From positions 1-64,000 of the forward strand of contig NGBS01000602.1 in assembly GCA_002245135.1 (NCBI GenBank): 64,000 bases of DNA, given 5' to 3'. The translations under genes and the position numbers were made by a program. This stretch comes from Proteromonas lacertae (lineage: Eukaryota). Of this stretch, positions 48,383-63,989 are shown piece by piece (position 1 is the stretch's first letter; each line of letters starts with the position of its first letter). The notes under the pieces are model-generated. The model was not told where the DNA came from and searched no databases. It saw only the letters and a program-made list of their open reading frames with translations.

Positions 48383-51300
48383 TTATTGTTTTGTTGAAGC
48401 ATTTTTCAAAGTTAAATAACCTCGAGTATGAGTCATTGTTCTAGAAGACATTAATAAAGACTGACCTCCTGCTGTAGATGTTGAAAACGTATTTAATACA
48501 CGATTTGTTCCATCAACTTGACTTCCTGAATCAGTTTCTCTTCCTCCATCTTCACTTATATACAAATTCACTAATTTCATTCCATATTGAGTAATACAAA
48601 GTATTATCACCATTATTTGAATTCCAATTCCTCGAAATATCAATACACTGTCTGGTTCATTGTTAATATTAAAATCTAAAGCTATTAATACTATTCCTAA
48701 AATTGGTAAAATAATTAAGAGAACTATATAAATAGATTATTAAAGAAAGAAAAAAAAAGATATTAGTTATAATTGAGGATAAAAATAAACTTAAAGAATC
48801 ATTAAATTCATTTGCTACATATTTTGAATAATAGCTCATATATAAAAACAATAAACACATTATTCCATCAATTGTAAATTCGATTATTGTAAATGGAGTT
48901 GAAATTGTACATTCTCGAATATATTCGTCAACAAAATAAGAACTATATTTTTGACTGTATACTTCAATATATTCATTTGGATCAATATATCGCCATAATA
49001 AATGCAATATTACTTCTATCACAATTCCACCAAATATAAATATTAATAATCGCAATAAAGAGATTTTACTTTTCAATATTGAATAATTTCCACTTCTTCT
49101 GGCTTTTGAAAATAATTTTGTACATTTACATAACATTGTCATTATATCTAATTTTGAAAATAAACCCAACAACAAAGTTCTTGTCATACAAATATCATTA
49201 GATTCGGATGGAAATATACCAATTGGAATAGCTGATAACGATGTACCTAATAACAATATCGATAAAAACAATGAATAATATCTTCCAAAATTTCGAATTA
49301 TCTTCTTATTTCGATTAATTATTGTAAATATTAAACATAAAATACTCAATAAAGAAGATAATCCCATCAATACCCAATAGATTGAATATAATACACTGTT
49401 ATACTCATAATACTCATTCCGTTTTCCAAATTTACATACAGATGGAGTATCAGATGCATATGGATGGCTTTCTATATTCAATACACTCCCTCCACGATAT
49501 GGATGGATTTGATTCAAATCACCATTCCCATTGATTTCTAATAAATAAATACTTCTTTCACTATAACCATCACTTCCAACTACTAAATCACCTGATGGAA
49601 CTGAATTTTCACTTGATATTATATTCATTATTTCATAATCTAAGGATGGTAATGGAACACCTTCGTCTTCAGATCCTTTTCTTATTGAATTTTCCCATAT
49701 GTTTAAACCAATTTTTACTGCTTCAATCTCTTCACTAATCACACTATTTACACCTATATTATCTTGAGTATCACTTATATAAGATTGTGGTAAAGCAGAT
49801 TGTAATACTGGATGAAAACTAACAGATACCCAAGAACCACTAAATGGAGATAAATCATAATTTATATAATCATAATAACTGTAAGTAACAAACAACAATA
49901 TCATTTCTCGAGTATATTTTCCAGAGTTCTTTAATAAATCTAAAAATTCAATACTTCTTTTACCTCTTAAGCAATAAATTAAACCAATTTTACCTTCTTC
50001 TGTTTGAATGTTATTCAATCGAGACATTAATGTGTTTATTGTTTCACTTGTGAAAACTTTATCTTCGATTAAACTTCCTTTCAATGATTGAGAATATTTT
50101 TCTTTTAAATAATTTGAAGCTACATTTTGTATTTGTTCAGATTCTATATTCTTTTCTCCTACTATATAAAATAGACTTACTGATTGTTCTATCGCATAAT
50201 CTATTGAGATTTTTAATCTTTGATAAACTGTTGTACCAATATTTATTACATTCTTACTACAATAATTTCCTTCAGTTTGACCTGAATATATAAACACCTT
50301 TTTGGTCTTTTCAGCATGTTTTCTTGCTGCTTCTCTACATTCTATACTTCGACATCCAATATAGGAAATAACCTTTGCATCTTCATCATATTGACTTAAC
50401 TGATAATCAAAATCTTCACTCGAATTACCAAATATATAAATACCCATTACATCATTGTTATTTATCTTATTATAATTTATTTCTTTAATCATTGTTTGTT
50501 CTTCTAAATATATTGGTATTTCTCTAGCTTGATTATTTGCTTCATGTAAAAATATTATCTTAATTGAATCTAACTCATACTTATCTCCTTTATCTGTCCA
50601 ATCACAAGTAAAACCAACATTTTCCTCCAAATTCTGATCATATGCTTCTCCTTCTTCTGGTTTAGAAGCATAATTCACAATGGCTATTGATTTCTTTTCT
50701 ATAACAACACCATAATACATTACACGACTAGCAAAACCATTTACATTCATTTCTAAATCACCTGTTGGACTTCTATACAAATATCCATACATTCTTTTTC
50801 TGGCTAATTCAATATCAAATGAATAAGTGTTTTCTATTACATCTGCCCATAGTTTAACTGATGTATAACCAGCTTCCATTGCTGCAGATAATTGAATATC
50901 AGCTCCATAACTATCCATCATATTTGAAACAAATTCTTCAGTTGATTCTATAAAAGTACCTTTAGAGGATGATGATTTTCCCATTTCAGTCATAAATGTA
51001 GTAAAGAAATACATTCCATTAACACATTTTTCATCTAATTGATCTAATATACGTTGATCTAAAGTAGTTACAACAATAGTTGATGTTTTACCTGTTATTC
51101 CTCTTGCACATAAGTAGGCAATACTTGGCGGAATTCCATCTGCACCAACACTTAGTATAATTGCACTTCTTTTCATTACTTCATTATCTAATTCATCCAT
51201 TGCTTGAAAATCAGTTGTGTTGTAAGGTCCATGTAATATTGATTGTGTCATTTTTATTTTACTTACTATAGATCTTGTGCTTATTGTTGAATATGGATTA

Positions 51301-54300
51301 GTAGGTACTTGTACTACAATATATTCATTATGATTCTGTAATATAAACTTCTCAAACGTATGAGTAATTTGACTTGTTGTACTTTGTAATGAAAACGTAT
51401 ATTTACTACAGAATTCACCAGCTGAATTACCTGGATAAAAGAATGGTGTTGCATATTTGTCAAATATTGGAGCTAATTTCAATTCAATTGCATATCTTCC
51501 TGTTCCAAATACAGCTTTTACTTCATCTAATTTTCCCAATTCTTTAGCTAAAAGAAGATAATTATCATCATTCGATTGTGGATCTCTTATTTCAATTTGT
51601 ATTTTTCTTTTCAATACACCACCTTTTTGATTGATTTCATTTATACCTTGAATTATACCATCAGTCATTGCTCGTTCAGTTACTTCGAATTTACCACTAA
51701 ATGAGTTTAATATACCAACAGTTACTGATTGATCTTTCTGTTGAGAACCAATTGTATCTTGACTGAAATCACATATATAAGTACCTGAATTAATAAACTG
51801 TTTGAAAGGAACTGGTTGAATAGGTGTAGAAGAACGATAAATAAGATCAAACCCAGTACAACTACTATTCATTCTACCAACAGATAAGAAATGGCTTAAA
51901 TAATTATTACCATTCATTTTAATCACTCCTTCTGGTGATTGATAATCATAACCATACATTTCATTTTTAATTACTGATGAATTTGTTGAATTAGTATGCA
52001 GAACAGCAATTGCCCAAATATTGAACATAGAATAAGAACTACTAACTAATTCAGTGATTGGTTCTGTAGTTGATGTTCTTACTAAATCCTCAAATGTTTT
52101 GCTTGAATATACTATCTCTTCTGATTGCCTATTGATGATTAATGATGTTAAAGTTGTTACACTTTCTGGGAAATAACTTTGAGCTGAATAAAACTGAGAA
52201 ACTCCTGAATCAATCATATTTGCACCTGTTGAATAACTATAAACAGGATATTTCTCAAATGTTAAACCACTTTTTCTGTAAGAAATATCAAAATTTTTAT
52301 GATTTGTTTTTGTTCCAAAGAACAGAATTGTACATCCATTTGTACACTTTGATTTGATTTCTTTTGCTATTATATCATAATTAGTTTCCTCTGGTTTAAC
52401 TGTAACAGAATAAAGAACTTCTACTTTCTTAAAATTCAAATATTTTTGAATATAATTAATTGAATCAACAGAAAAATCATCTGTATTTCCAACTATTGAA
52501 TACTTCATTGTAACTGGTTTATCTGTTCTTAAATAAACATTAATCATTCTATCAAGCGTACTTGGTTCTCTTCCTCCATAAAATACATTCTCCATGCAAG
52601 TTTCACCACTTATATAACCAATTGAAATCACAGGAATATCATCTGGTTTAACATATTTTGCTACTGCATCAATACATTTTTGAGAAGATGTAGTGAAAAC
52701 AACATCATATTTTGATTTTACTAATTGAGATTTGATATTATCAAAACAAGTAATATCAGATTCTATATCAACACTTGTTAAATACAACTGTTTATTCAAA
52801 ATACCATTATTATTATCATTATATGCATTAACCAAAGTATTTAGTATAGATTTCACACCAATATCATAATCAGCAGAACTACCAGTTTCAATAACAGCTA
52901 ATAATATCCTCAAAGCAATTAAATTACCTTTACTACCAATTAATGCATTTGACCAATCACAAACATATCCATAGCTTGAAGGTAAATCCCAATTCCATGC
53001 CATTGGATTAATAGCATTAGATTGTGTTGTTATTATTTCAATATCATGAGTATGTGGTATTAACTTTCCCATTTGCATATATAATGACGCATAATGATTA
53101 GTTTTGATTGTCACTGGACCATATGATGCATTTACATCAATCCCATATACATATGGAGATAAATCATTGTGTAATAATATTCTGGGTGATATTTTTCTTA
53201 ATGTACTTATCCATGCTTTGATTGCTAATAGACAAGCTTCACCAAGCATTGTATTATAAGATCTACCAGAATATTTCTTTGTGACTGCTTTAATTCCTTC
53301 ATCACTTACATCAGCTTCATCAAAATAAGTAGATGATAATAACAAATCAAATTTGCCAGAAATGGAAATTCTATTGATTATATCTCTATCAATTGCTGGA
53401 GATATCACATCATACATTCCAGATTTCTGGATATTGTTCTCTAATTCATTTAAACATGTGATAAAATCACCAGCAATGAATGTTGGATAAAATGTACCAC
53501 CTTCTGGTGTATCTTTAATAGCTTGTCTTATTACATTTCCTACTTCAACCATAGAATCAAAATTATATGTATAAATCTTAAATCCACTTGTCTCTAATTT
53601 ATTCTTCATTATAGTAAACATTATATTTGACCAACTACGATTATCTCCTAATAGAATAAGTGATCTGCTTTTTGTACTTTGCCTTAATAAATAATTAGTT
53701 ATTGCTTCTAAGAATTGATTAGCAATTGGACCTGTATAAAACACATTTTCAAAACACTCTTCACCTTCAAATATTGTTGGATACCATAATGTCATATTAT
53801 TCTCAGATAAAATAGAAGCAGCTTGAATTCTACATTCATTAATATAACAACCAATAATCAATGAAGCATTATCTTTAACTATATTGTTAATACCTTCAAC
53901 ACTTCCTTCTACTGTACTTTTACTATCATATATTTTATAATTCAAATAATAACCAGATACTCCTCCTTTATTATTAATATCTATGATATAAGACACAACT
54001 GGGTCTATTTCTGTATATTCAATCTCTCTATAAGCACCACTGATTGATACTAATAAAGCTACTAATAATGTTGGTTCAGAATACATATCAGTATTGTATT
54101 TATTCCAATTACAAACATAATATTTTGTTGTATCTTCATAATAATAATGTCCATCCCAAGTATTCGCTGAGTAAGTACTATCATAACTATATACCATTTC
54201 TCTAACATATTTATTATTCTTTTTGCTAATTTTTGTTAATGAAACTCCAAAAGACATATGATTACTTGAGTCTATATGAATTGAATATTCAGGTGCATTA

Positions 54301-57300
54301 ATATTTGAAGCACAGGCATACACTTCTTCGAATGTATATCCTATAATAGTATTCATATTATTCTTATCCTCATCATTAGTATGTTTTGTTTGGTTTAAAA
54401 ACATTAATGTAAAGTGATTGATTAATATAGAAAAGACAACACCAGAATGAATAGTGTTTGTAGTTGAATAAGCGTATTTGTCTATTAAATATGAGTGAAA
54501 TATTGATCCTTCCATATCTAAAGCATAATTCATAGTATAATCATATTCCCAATAATAATGTCCATTCATTAACTCCATATTCTCAAATACAAAATTTCTA
54601 CTTAAATATGTATTAACAATATGATATTTTTCACCATCTGTATATTTCTTCCTATGCATTTCTTTCAAAAAGTCAATTGCAACAAATGAATCTAATAATG
54701 AGATAATTGTTCCACTTGACATTTGACTTACTATGAAATTAACAATTTTGTCAATCTCATAATTTTCGATTGGTACTTCAATGGATGAAATGATATTCAC
54801 TCCTCTTTCTTTCAATCTATTTGAGATAGAATAGAAATTAGTTTCATCTTTCAAAGTTGCTGAATATACAATCACTATATTTCTTCCTAATTCACTTATT
54901 ATGTATGGTATATAGGCAAAATTTGCAGTGAATGGAACACCAGTATATATAATGTTTTTATTACATTCCAATCCTTCATAATCGATTGGATAATATAATA
55001 AAGCTCCTTCTTTTTCAAGGGTTGGAATTAATGCTTTTCTTGTCTTAGAATCATAAACACCAAACAATATTCTTGTTTTATACTCAATCATCATTGAGTG
55101 TAAATCCTTTTTTATCTTTTCAACATCATTTTCTGTATCATATATTATTGGTTGATAATATCTTGATCTTTGCATAGAATCAGCAAAATCAATTGCTATT
55201 AAAAATGATATTAGCATCTCTTCACCTTCTAAAGAAAGTTCACCTGTCAATGGAACTAGTAATATCAATGGAGTAATTTTTACTGAAACAACTTCACCTG
55301 ATCTACATATATCATTTGAATCTTTCATATTGAGAAATTCTCTGAAACTATCACTTGGATAATTGTCATACAATTTTCTAATAATCTCAAAATGAGACAT
55401 TTTATTTTCATCATTATTATCACTTTCATAATCTTCCAACTTTCTTATCATATACATTGGAATATTAGCATAATTATCTTCTCCTACTTTCACTGTAGTA
55501 ATTGAAGTCTTAAATGCTTGACTATGCAAAACATCTCTCAATGATAACTCACTTCTTATTTGAATAGCATTTCCTAGTAGTTCAAATGTAATTAAAATAG
55601 TACTCTCTTCTTCATTTAAGTATGTATTTTCACCATAAACACTTTCAGCTATTGAATAGATCATAGGAGATGTTGATTTATCAATATATCCACTACTTCT
55701 ACATAAATGACCTATGCTAATATTATTTGGTATTCTATTGAATAAATCAATTGAATTTGTTACTATAACATAATCAGATGAATAATCTTTTGATGTATTG
55801 CAATTATTATACATTGGAGATAAGACTTTATACACTGTTTCATATACACTTTTAAACACTTCATATACTTCTAAATAATTAATAATTACAAGACTATCTG
55901 CATTATCAATCTTTATTTTTGATAATTCTTCATATATTTGTTGTATTGCAATTTCTTTATCTGTTTCATTGACTAATATAGTATTACTTATTTCACCATT
56001 ATATGACTCTATTGTATCTTTCAAAAGTCCTAATTCTGTTAAGTTACTATAATATGCAGGAACAACTAATAAAAAGTCATGTGAGTATTGATTTATTAGG
56101 AAATTCACCATTGGAGCAGTTCTTTGCAATGGAGATGTACTAGTAAATATTACTTGATTAAAACATTGATCTGAATCTTCATTCTTCACTGCAAATATTA
56201 CAGCTTTTCTTCTGATTAATATATCTTCAAAACTTCTAATGTTTTTACTTCCACATTGTGTTATTGCTAGTGATACATCAGTTCGATTAATGAATTTTGT
56301 TATGTTTTCATCATCATTACAATTAAATACATGCAATTCCTATAATTAAATAATAATATATAAAATATACAAATAATTTACCATTAGTACCACCATTAAC
56401 ATTATAAAGACTAATATATCTGTCTAATAAATAAGAATAACTTTCAACAGATTCATCAATATATAAACCAACTGGATATATTGAAGCAACTTGTTTATCT
56501 GCTGAAACACTATAATCATAAGTATATTGAACGCTATTTACACCAAACTATAAATTTTAATAATTAATATATATACATCATAAGAAATTGGATACACATC
56601 TAAAAGACTAGTAGGTGACAAGACAATCTCATAATCATTATCACCAACACATTTTAATAAATAAATACTAATCATACACATGTTTGAATCACTGACAGAT
56701 ATTTTTCCACCTGGTAAATCTAAAGATAATCTGTAGATTTCATCTCTAACTGTATCACTATCAAATGAACTTACTGTTTCAATTGCATTTCGTAGAAACA
56801 TAAGTGATTGATATCTATAATATAAAAATTATTAACAATTAGTATATATATATACATATTAATTGACACTTCTGTTGCTAAATATTTTGATTCACCAAAT
56901 TTAGTTTCAATGAAATTTTTAGTAATTGTATTAATATTGCTATCTATTTTATATACATAAGAACTAACAAAATAATAACCTTTATAAAGATCAGGATCCT
57001 TTGAATGAGTTACAAATGCACATAAAATATCAATCATATACATTGGATATGCAATACTTGTCATATTCTTTTCTTTTAAAAACACTATCATATCTTCAAC
57101 TTTCTTTTCTATCATAGTAATAATACCAACTCCTTTAGGATAATCATCTTTGATTCTATCGACTGTTGTATTTATATTTTCGATTGTTTTGATTGGATAA
57201 TACTTACATTTCATTGATATTCTACTATTGCAATATTTATCAATATAATCTACAATCACATCGTTGGATCTATTATAAAATTACTTTAATATAATATAAA

Positions 57301-60217
57301 CATACTTTAATGATGAATCATAAACAATAGCGAAATCTTTCACTGTCCTACTTTTATATCCAAAAATAACGTTAATATAATGAGCAGGAATTCTACTCAT
57401 TTGTATTATATTCTCATTGCTATATTCACCTTCACTTGGAAATACATCAAACAACAATTTATGATGTTTTGATAAATAAGGTGCTACAATATCTCTTTCT
57501 TCATTAGTAAAGTCAAAATTAAGGTATTGATATATAAAAAAACAATAATAATAAAAAGATATTTTGCAGTTCCAAAGAATGCAACAACATCTTCATAATC
57601 TATACTATCCAAATACGATTTCAAATCATTTATATTGCCTAAATGAGGCATAATTCCTTTAATAACTTTACCATCTATCCCACCATAATTTTCATTCAAT
57701 AAATTGATCATTAATGTGAAATACTGTGTATAATATTCATCATAATCTTTAGTTATTTCATTTCTAATATGTAAAAAAATGATTCTAGAAGTTTCTCTTG
57801 TAATAACATTTCCATCATCTATCCAATCACATCTCTTTGATAAATCACTATAACTGTAACTTAGTGGAATATTAAATCCATCATCTAATAATTCAATTTC
57901 ACCATTTCCATTGATTTTTCCTAATTTTATTTGTGCAATACTAAATCCTTCATTATTCCAAGATATTTTACCACCAGGACCATTATAGCTTGCATAACCC
58001 ATTACAGATTTAATGGCATTTATATCATAAGAATATACAATATTAACTGCATTTGCTAGTAAGAATATTTGACTATAACTAATAGCCATATTTGAAGTAA
58101 TAACTGGATCTTCACCATAAACATCTTTTAGCTTTTTTCTTAATATATCTGAAGTATCATCTCTAATTGTATTGAAATAATAACCCATTACATATTGATT
58201 TTCAAACTATTACATAATAATCATATATATATATATATATAATACATATGTTTTATTAGAATTAGCTATCATTCTTTCATCTACAGTAAATGCTAATACT
58301 GGATATTTCTCAGGATCAAGTTCTTTTCTTTTATAACTTTCAAAGAAAGGAATTTGATATTCCATATCACATACATCCACTACTAAACACTCAATATTCT
58401 CACAACTCTTCAATATACTACTACAAGCTCCTTGGCTTGGCGCAGAATCAGCAAACATTAGTGAATACTCACCTCTCAATGTTAATCTTTCTTGAGCTAT
58501 AATATATTTAATTGCACTATATCCTTGTTGACATAACAGTGTATTGCATGTTAATATAAATATGTTAGTGTATTGCTTAAATAATGTATGAATACCTCTT
58601 GATAAATATGTATTGAATGGTATATCAGCATTCATTATATATTTATTACAATATTCTCCTCCTATTGGTGCTATATTGATATAGAGTAAATTCATAAATC
58701 CAAAATCTATTAATATATATATATATATATAACACAATCAAATATATACATTGAAGTAGTGTATCAAGATCATCGATTGTTGCATATATTAAAACAGCTG
58801 CTATTTTGAACTGACTTGAATATCGAATAAATTGATTTCCAAATTCTATTTTACCCACTGCAGAGTCAATTAATATTGGAACAATTGGTTTACCCATAAC
58901 AAGATTCTATATATATATATATAAATTAAATAATAATATACTTCTTTATTTATAGTATCAATTGCAGTTAAAACAGCAATCAAACTTTGGCTTGACAAAT
59001 ATCCTTTTTCTTTCAAACCATAAAATGATAATATAATAAACAATCCATCTAATGGATAATAGGGAGGAGAATTTAATATATTACAAGTCATATTTATTGG
59101 ATAACCTGTAATTTGAGCTGTTGGAGTATTTGTTAAATCACCAACAACTATTTCCATATCCTTTTCCAATACTACAGATGCTGTACTATCTACTTTTCCA
59201 ATGAATATATTACTGATTAAATGATTGCTTTTAAGCAATGTATAAGATATACCCAATGATTCAGTAACTTTACCATACAGTTCATAATACAATAGATTAA
59301 GTGTCAAACCACTTTTTGCCATATATTTTTGACTGAATAACTCCAACATTTGATATCTATAAAAAGTATAGAGAAGTAAAGAAATATAAAATATACAATA
59401 ATATTTCAAATGAACTAAAAGTATATGGAGAACTATAACCCAATCTTGTAGCTAATTCATCATCATCAATAAATAAAAATTCACTTGCAATATAACTTTT
59501 ATCATAATCAGCTGGAGTATCCAAGACAGTTTTTCTATCTAAATCAAAATGAATTAATTTATAATTATCAGTAAAAATAGCTGTAACATAACCTGCAATA
59601 TCTGATGCTAGTTTAGGATAAAAGTTATATATAACAAAACTATCTTTACCTATTAACGATTTAACTTTCTTCAAATGGTCTTCCACTTCTGTATTTAACG
59701 GATCTGTTTTTAAAAATGTAAAATCACCATTATTAGCATATTGAGTTAGAAATACTTTCAATTGAATATTACACGCATCGTCTGGTCCAAGGATAATATT
59801 CTGTCTGTACCTGCTCTTTAACTTGTCAATTACTAAAAATTTCGAATGACAACTATCAAAACCATAAGCTGTGTGAGATGTGCAAGAAGTGTGTGTAGAT
59901 GGAGCAATATTTATGGATGCTTGACCATAATCATTAGCTACACTATTTAACAGATCTGGAGATATGTTTGGCATGTAACTATAAACAAATTGATAATCTC
60001 TAGATATGTGTGAATAGGTAGTATTAACCTCATCAATATTCGATTCATCAACGTTTGCATAATCTACTTCAAATGCTGTTGTCTGTAGGGATGAATATGA
60101 GGTACATAAGGTATTAAACATTGTTTTTAAGTTTAAATCTGCATTTATAAATTTCACTTTTATTTTGGCTAATGCCAATTCTACTACTATTATCAGCAAT
60201 ATAAATAAATTAAACAT
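48383..60217 (-). CDS. Giant class-C-like GPCR with ~9 tandem UrtA/AmiC-type periplasmic-binding domains (spliced)
   Basis: Signal peptide, ~390-aa repeats (GILNSFSG..EINQKGGV..VFG..YP..EG.EC..N..Y.G..CDW), then a 7TM region (ICMTRTLLLGL, LWRYIDP, EFNDS). Confidence 0.85.
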
Positions 60218-60287
60218 AACGAAATTTTAAATTTTAAAATGAACAAGCTAATATCAAACTTTAACAAATTTGAAATTTGAAATTTGA

Positions 60288-61526
60288 ATGTTATCAATAT
60301 ACTTTTTATCAATTATATTATCAATTTCAATAGTAATATGCGATGATAATGTATATTCTTCCTTTAAACCACATAAAGTATATTCTCATACTCAGACCGT
60401 TGAGTATTTGGAGTTTTCTAATGTATGCTTAGGATTAAATCCAAGCAAAAATGTGATAATATATTTTGAAAACCCAGAGGAAGAAAGATTTCAGATTTCA
60501 CTGTTAAAATTATATAGAAGTTTTTTTGAAACTACAAATTTTGTATATAAGTATGGATCATTACCAAATACATCCTTTGTACAATCTGAGAATGTGTGGG
60601 TGATAAGTCAGTATGTAAAAAGACATATAATTCATTTTATGGAGTTATATATGTCTTTATGGTTTTATAATAATGAATATGATATGCCTCCAATTGACAC
60701 ACTTATAAATCTTGTATATTTACCAGAGAATGATCTTGATTTTAATTATTTACTATATAAACTATTAATAAACAATCTAAAATCCAAAACCAATATCTAT
60801 GAAACAGTATATATAAACAAAGTATTAAGAAAATATAAAATGTTATGTTTTAAACATATTAATCTATTCTTGAAACATGAAACAATCGGATTATTTACTT
60901 GTTTCAGTAATAAGAATGAACATATAAGATTTCGAGATTATATACTTGATGAATTAAAAATGAAAAGAAAGATCGAATCCTCAAAAATAAGAAGAATCCG
61001 AGTTGGATTAATAGTTCGAAATGAAAATGAAAAACTACAAAATCGAAATATCTTAAATTTGAATGAAGTATATAGATTAATAAAAGCGAAATGTAAAAAT
61101 GTAGATGAAATTTCAATAATCTCATTTGAGAAACTAAATCCAAAAGAACAAATTAAAGAAATAATGAAATACAATTTAATAATCTCTCCTCATGGTTGTT
61201 CTTTGTTTAATATGATTTGGTTAATCGAAAGAAAAGTGATGATAATCGAGATATTTAATCGATATTTCATAAGACAAGAGTTATTGAAACAATCAATATC
61301 ATATGAATATCATTATATTCCAATATTTACAACTCAACAGATATATTCAAACGAACAAGAATATGATTATTATGATAATCCGTTGTATTATATAAAGAAT
61401 GATTTAATTTGTAATGGATTTGCTTGCCTTGGTATTAGTTTTGATCGAACCAATTATGATATATATGTAAATCTTCGAGTTTTATCCTTTAGTATAGATT
61501 TAAGTATAAATTATTTAAATAACTAA
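60288..61526 (+). CDS. Glycosyltransferase family 61-like
   Basis: Signal/anchor; RNILNLNEV, FEKLNPKEQI...IISPHGCSLFNMIWL. Confidence 0.8.
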   Translation: MLSIYFLSIILSISIVICDDNVYSSFKPHKVYSHTQTVEYLEFSNVCLGLNPSKNVIIYFENPEEERFQISLLKLYRSFFETTNFVYKYGSLPNTSFVQSENVWVISQYVKRHIIHFMELYMSLWFYNNEYDMPPIDTLINLVYLPENDLDFNYLLYKLLINNLKSKTNIYETVYINKVLRKYKMLCFKHINLFLKHETIGLFTCFSNKNEHIRFRDYILDELKMKRKIESSKIRRIRVGLIVRNENEKLQNRNILNLNEVYRLIKAKCKNVDEISIISFEKLNPKEQIKEIMKYNLIISPHGCSLFNMIWLIERKVMIIEIFNRYFIRQELLKQSISYEYHYIPIFTTQQIYSNEQEYDYYDNPLYYIKNDLICNGFACLGISFDRTNYDIYVNLRVLSFSIDLSINYLNN

Positions 61527-61664
61527 TTATCATACTTGAATATTTTGTTATGTGTGTTAAAATTACAGTTACAGTATTGAGTTTGTGTAGTATAACAAAT
61601 TATATTCATAAATTAGCAAAATAGAATATCAAACACACAAGCTTTTCATTTTTTAAAAACCAAT

Positions 61665-63989
61665 ATGAAGCCTATCCAATTTAGTTTGAAGAGTTCAAAA
61701 TCTTCATCTTTAAGTAAAATGAATCAAGAAAAAATTGCAACATTCGCTTTTGGTAATACCACAAAATCTAAATATCAGGCTGTATTTCATTGAAGTTTAT
61801 CCTATAGGAAAAAGAAAAGAAAGAAGAAAGGGAGAAAAAAGAATTAGAAGAAGCTATGAAACTCTACAAAGACTTTGAAGAAGATAGCTTCAATTTTGTT
61901 CCAAAGAAGAAAATAAAAACATCAAACATATTTGATGATAGTTCATCACAGATTAGTATAGTTTATTGATGTTAAGTAAAATAATTTAGATGATAATTTT
62001 GATGAAAATAAACCACCAGCTCCACCACCTCCTGCAGCTATTAGAAGAGGGAAACCTAAGTATTATTTTGTATAAGATGTTTATGATAGAAAGAAAATAG
62101 ATGAATTTCTAGAGAAAATAAAAAATGAACAAGAAAAAGTTGGTAATAAAGATGAATATGATTCGAAAGAAAGGAAAACTAATATGTAAATATAATAAAA
62201 AACTACTTTTGTGTAATATATATAATATAGATTTATTATAAATATATCTCGAAGTGTAACAGAAGATGATTTATATAATTTCTTTTCAAAATATGGAACA
62301 ATTACTAGTGTAAAAATAAAAGCACCAAAAGATACTGACAGAAAAACAAATGTTGCATTTGTTAATTACACCAAGCCAAGATTTGCAGAAATTGCAAAAG
62401 CTGAATTAGATGGAAAAGAATTTAGAGTATATTTGAATATCAAAATTATATTTATTGATAGGGTTTAACTATAAGAATATCATGGGGAAGAGATCAACCA
62501 GATTCTTCAGATAATAACAATTGTTTCTATTTAAAACAATTACATTTTCAAAATAGAAATTACAAAGGTGAATTATTAGATGATAAAATGATATATGTAA
62601 AACCACCAAAGCTCGAAATTAAAAGAAAGATAATCGATTTATTAGCAGAATATATATCAAAATGTGGAAGTGTATTTGAAGAGAGAATAATTCAAAGAGA
62701 AAGGAATAATAATGATTTTACATTTCTATTGCATGAAGGATCACCAGAAAATCAATATTATAGATGGAGAGTTTATTCATTGTGTAATGGTGATAGTTTT
62801 TATAATTGGAATACTGAACCATTTCAGATGTTTATAAATGGACCAAAATGGATTCCTCCTAGTTATGAAGAGATGGGAATGTATATATATATATATATAT
62901 ATATAAATTGTGAAATATATAAATAATATTTATTATTATAGCACACAATCAAAGTATGAACATATGAAAAGTCAAGCAATAATGAAATTGACAGATAAAG
63001 AATATGAAGTGTTTAGTGATTTATTACTGGATGTTGATTTGACTAGAAAGTCAATAAGAAATGCGATGGTATATTGTCTTGAACATGCAGAAGCTGCAAG
63101 TGAAATTGCTAATATAATTTGTCAAAATACAACAACTACTAATACATCCATTCCTTCCAAAGTATTATTATTATAAATAAATCTATTAATAGGTTGCAAA
63201 GATATATTTAATAAGTGATATATTGTACAATAGTAGTAGTGGTGTAAAAGGTGCATCAGCATATAGATCAGAGTTTGAAGTATTTTATATTTATATATTT
63301 ATGTATAGGATCGATTACCTGATTTGTTTGAAGAATTAGGAAAAATATATAGAAATATTGATGGGCATTTAACAAGCGTAGGAATGAAAGAAAGAATGAT
63401 GAATATATTGAAAGTATGGCATGATTGGGGATTATTCCCAACATCGTATATATTAGGTTTAGAAGCATCTGTATTTTATGATGTATTATTATATTTTTTT
63501 CTCTTTTATTTTTTTTAGCCAAATATTGATGCAATTGAACATAGTGATGATTTGCATATTGAAGATATGAATGAAACAAAATTAAAAGGAGAATGTTTAA
63601 AATGTGGTATATCAATAGATTCTACACCCAGTGAATTAATACAAAAATTAAATAGAAATAGAAGTTACATTAATAGGAAATACGAAAATCAAGATAAAGA
63701 GAATGAAAATGAAAAGAAGAAAGGAAAAGAAGAGTATGATATAATGAAAAGTTATGAAAAGAATGAGAAGAAAACTCAGAAAATAGGAACATGGGTAGAA
63801 ATGACTAGTGATAACGAAGATGAGCAGCAAACTGAGATAATTCAGACAAATTCTGAAATTAATGAAGAAAGTCAACAAAAAGAGAATATAAATACAGAAG
63901 ATGATGATATTGATGGAGAACCAATAGATAATGATGATATCGATGGAGAACCTATAGATGATGAAGACATCGATGGTGAGCCATTGTAA
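61665..63989 (+). CDS. U2SURP: U2 snRNP-associated SURP protein SR140 (spliced)
   Basis: RRM, SURP (FEERIIQRERNNNDFTFL..YYRWRVYSL), CID (IYLISDILYNS), DIDGEPI repeats. Confidence 0.92.

Noticed and set aside
48724..48763. Possible non-canonical AT-AG (U12-like ATATCTTT) intron in the GPCR
   Set aside because: A same-phase GT donor 27 nt upstream gives a canonical 67-nt intron; undecidable without cDNA.
48669..56336. Bacterial contamination (urt operon)
   Set aside because: Modules are fused in one ORF with a 7TM, the gene has spliceosomal introns, and no permease or ATPase genes are present.
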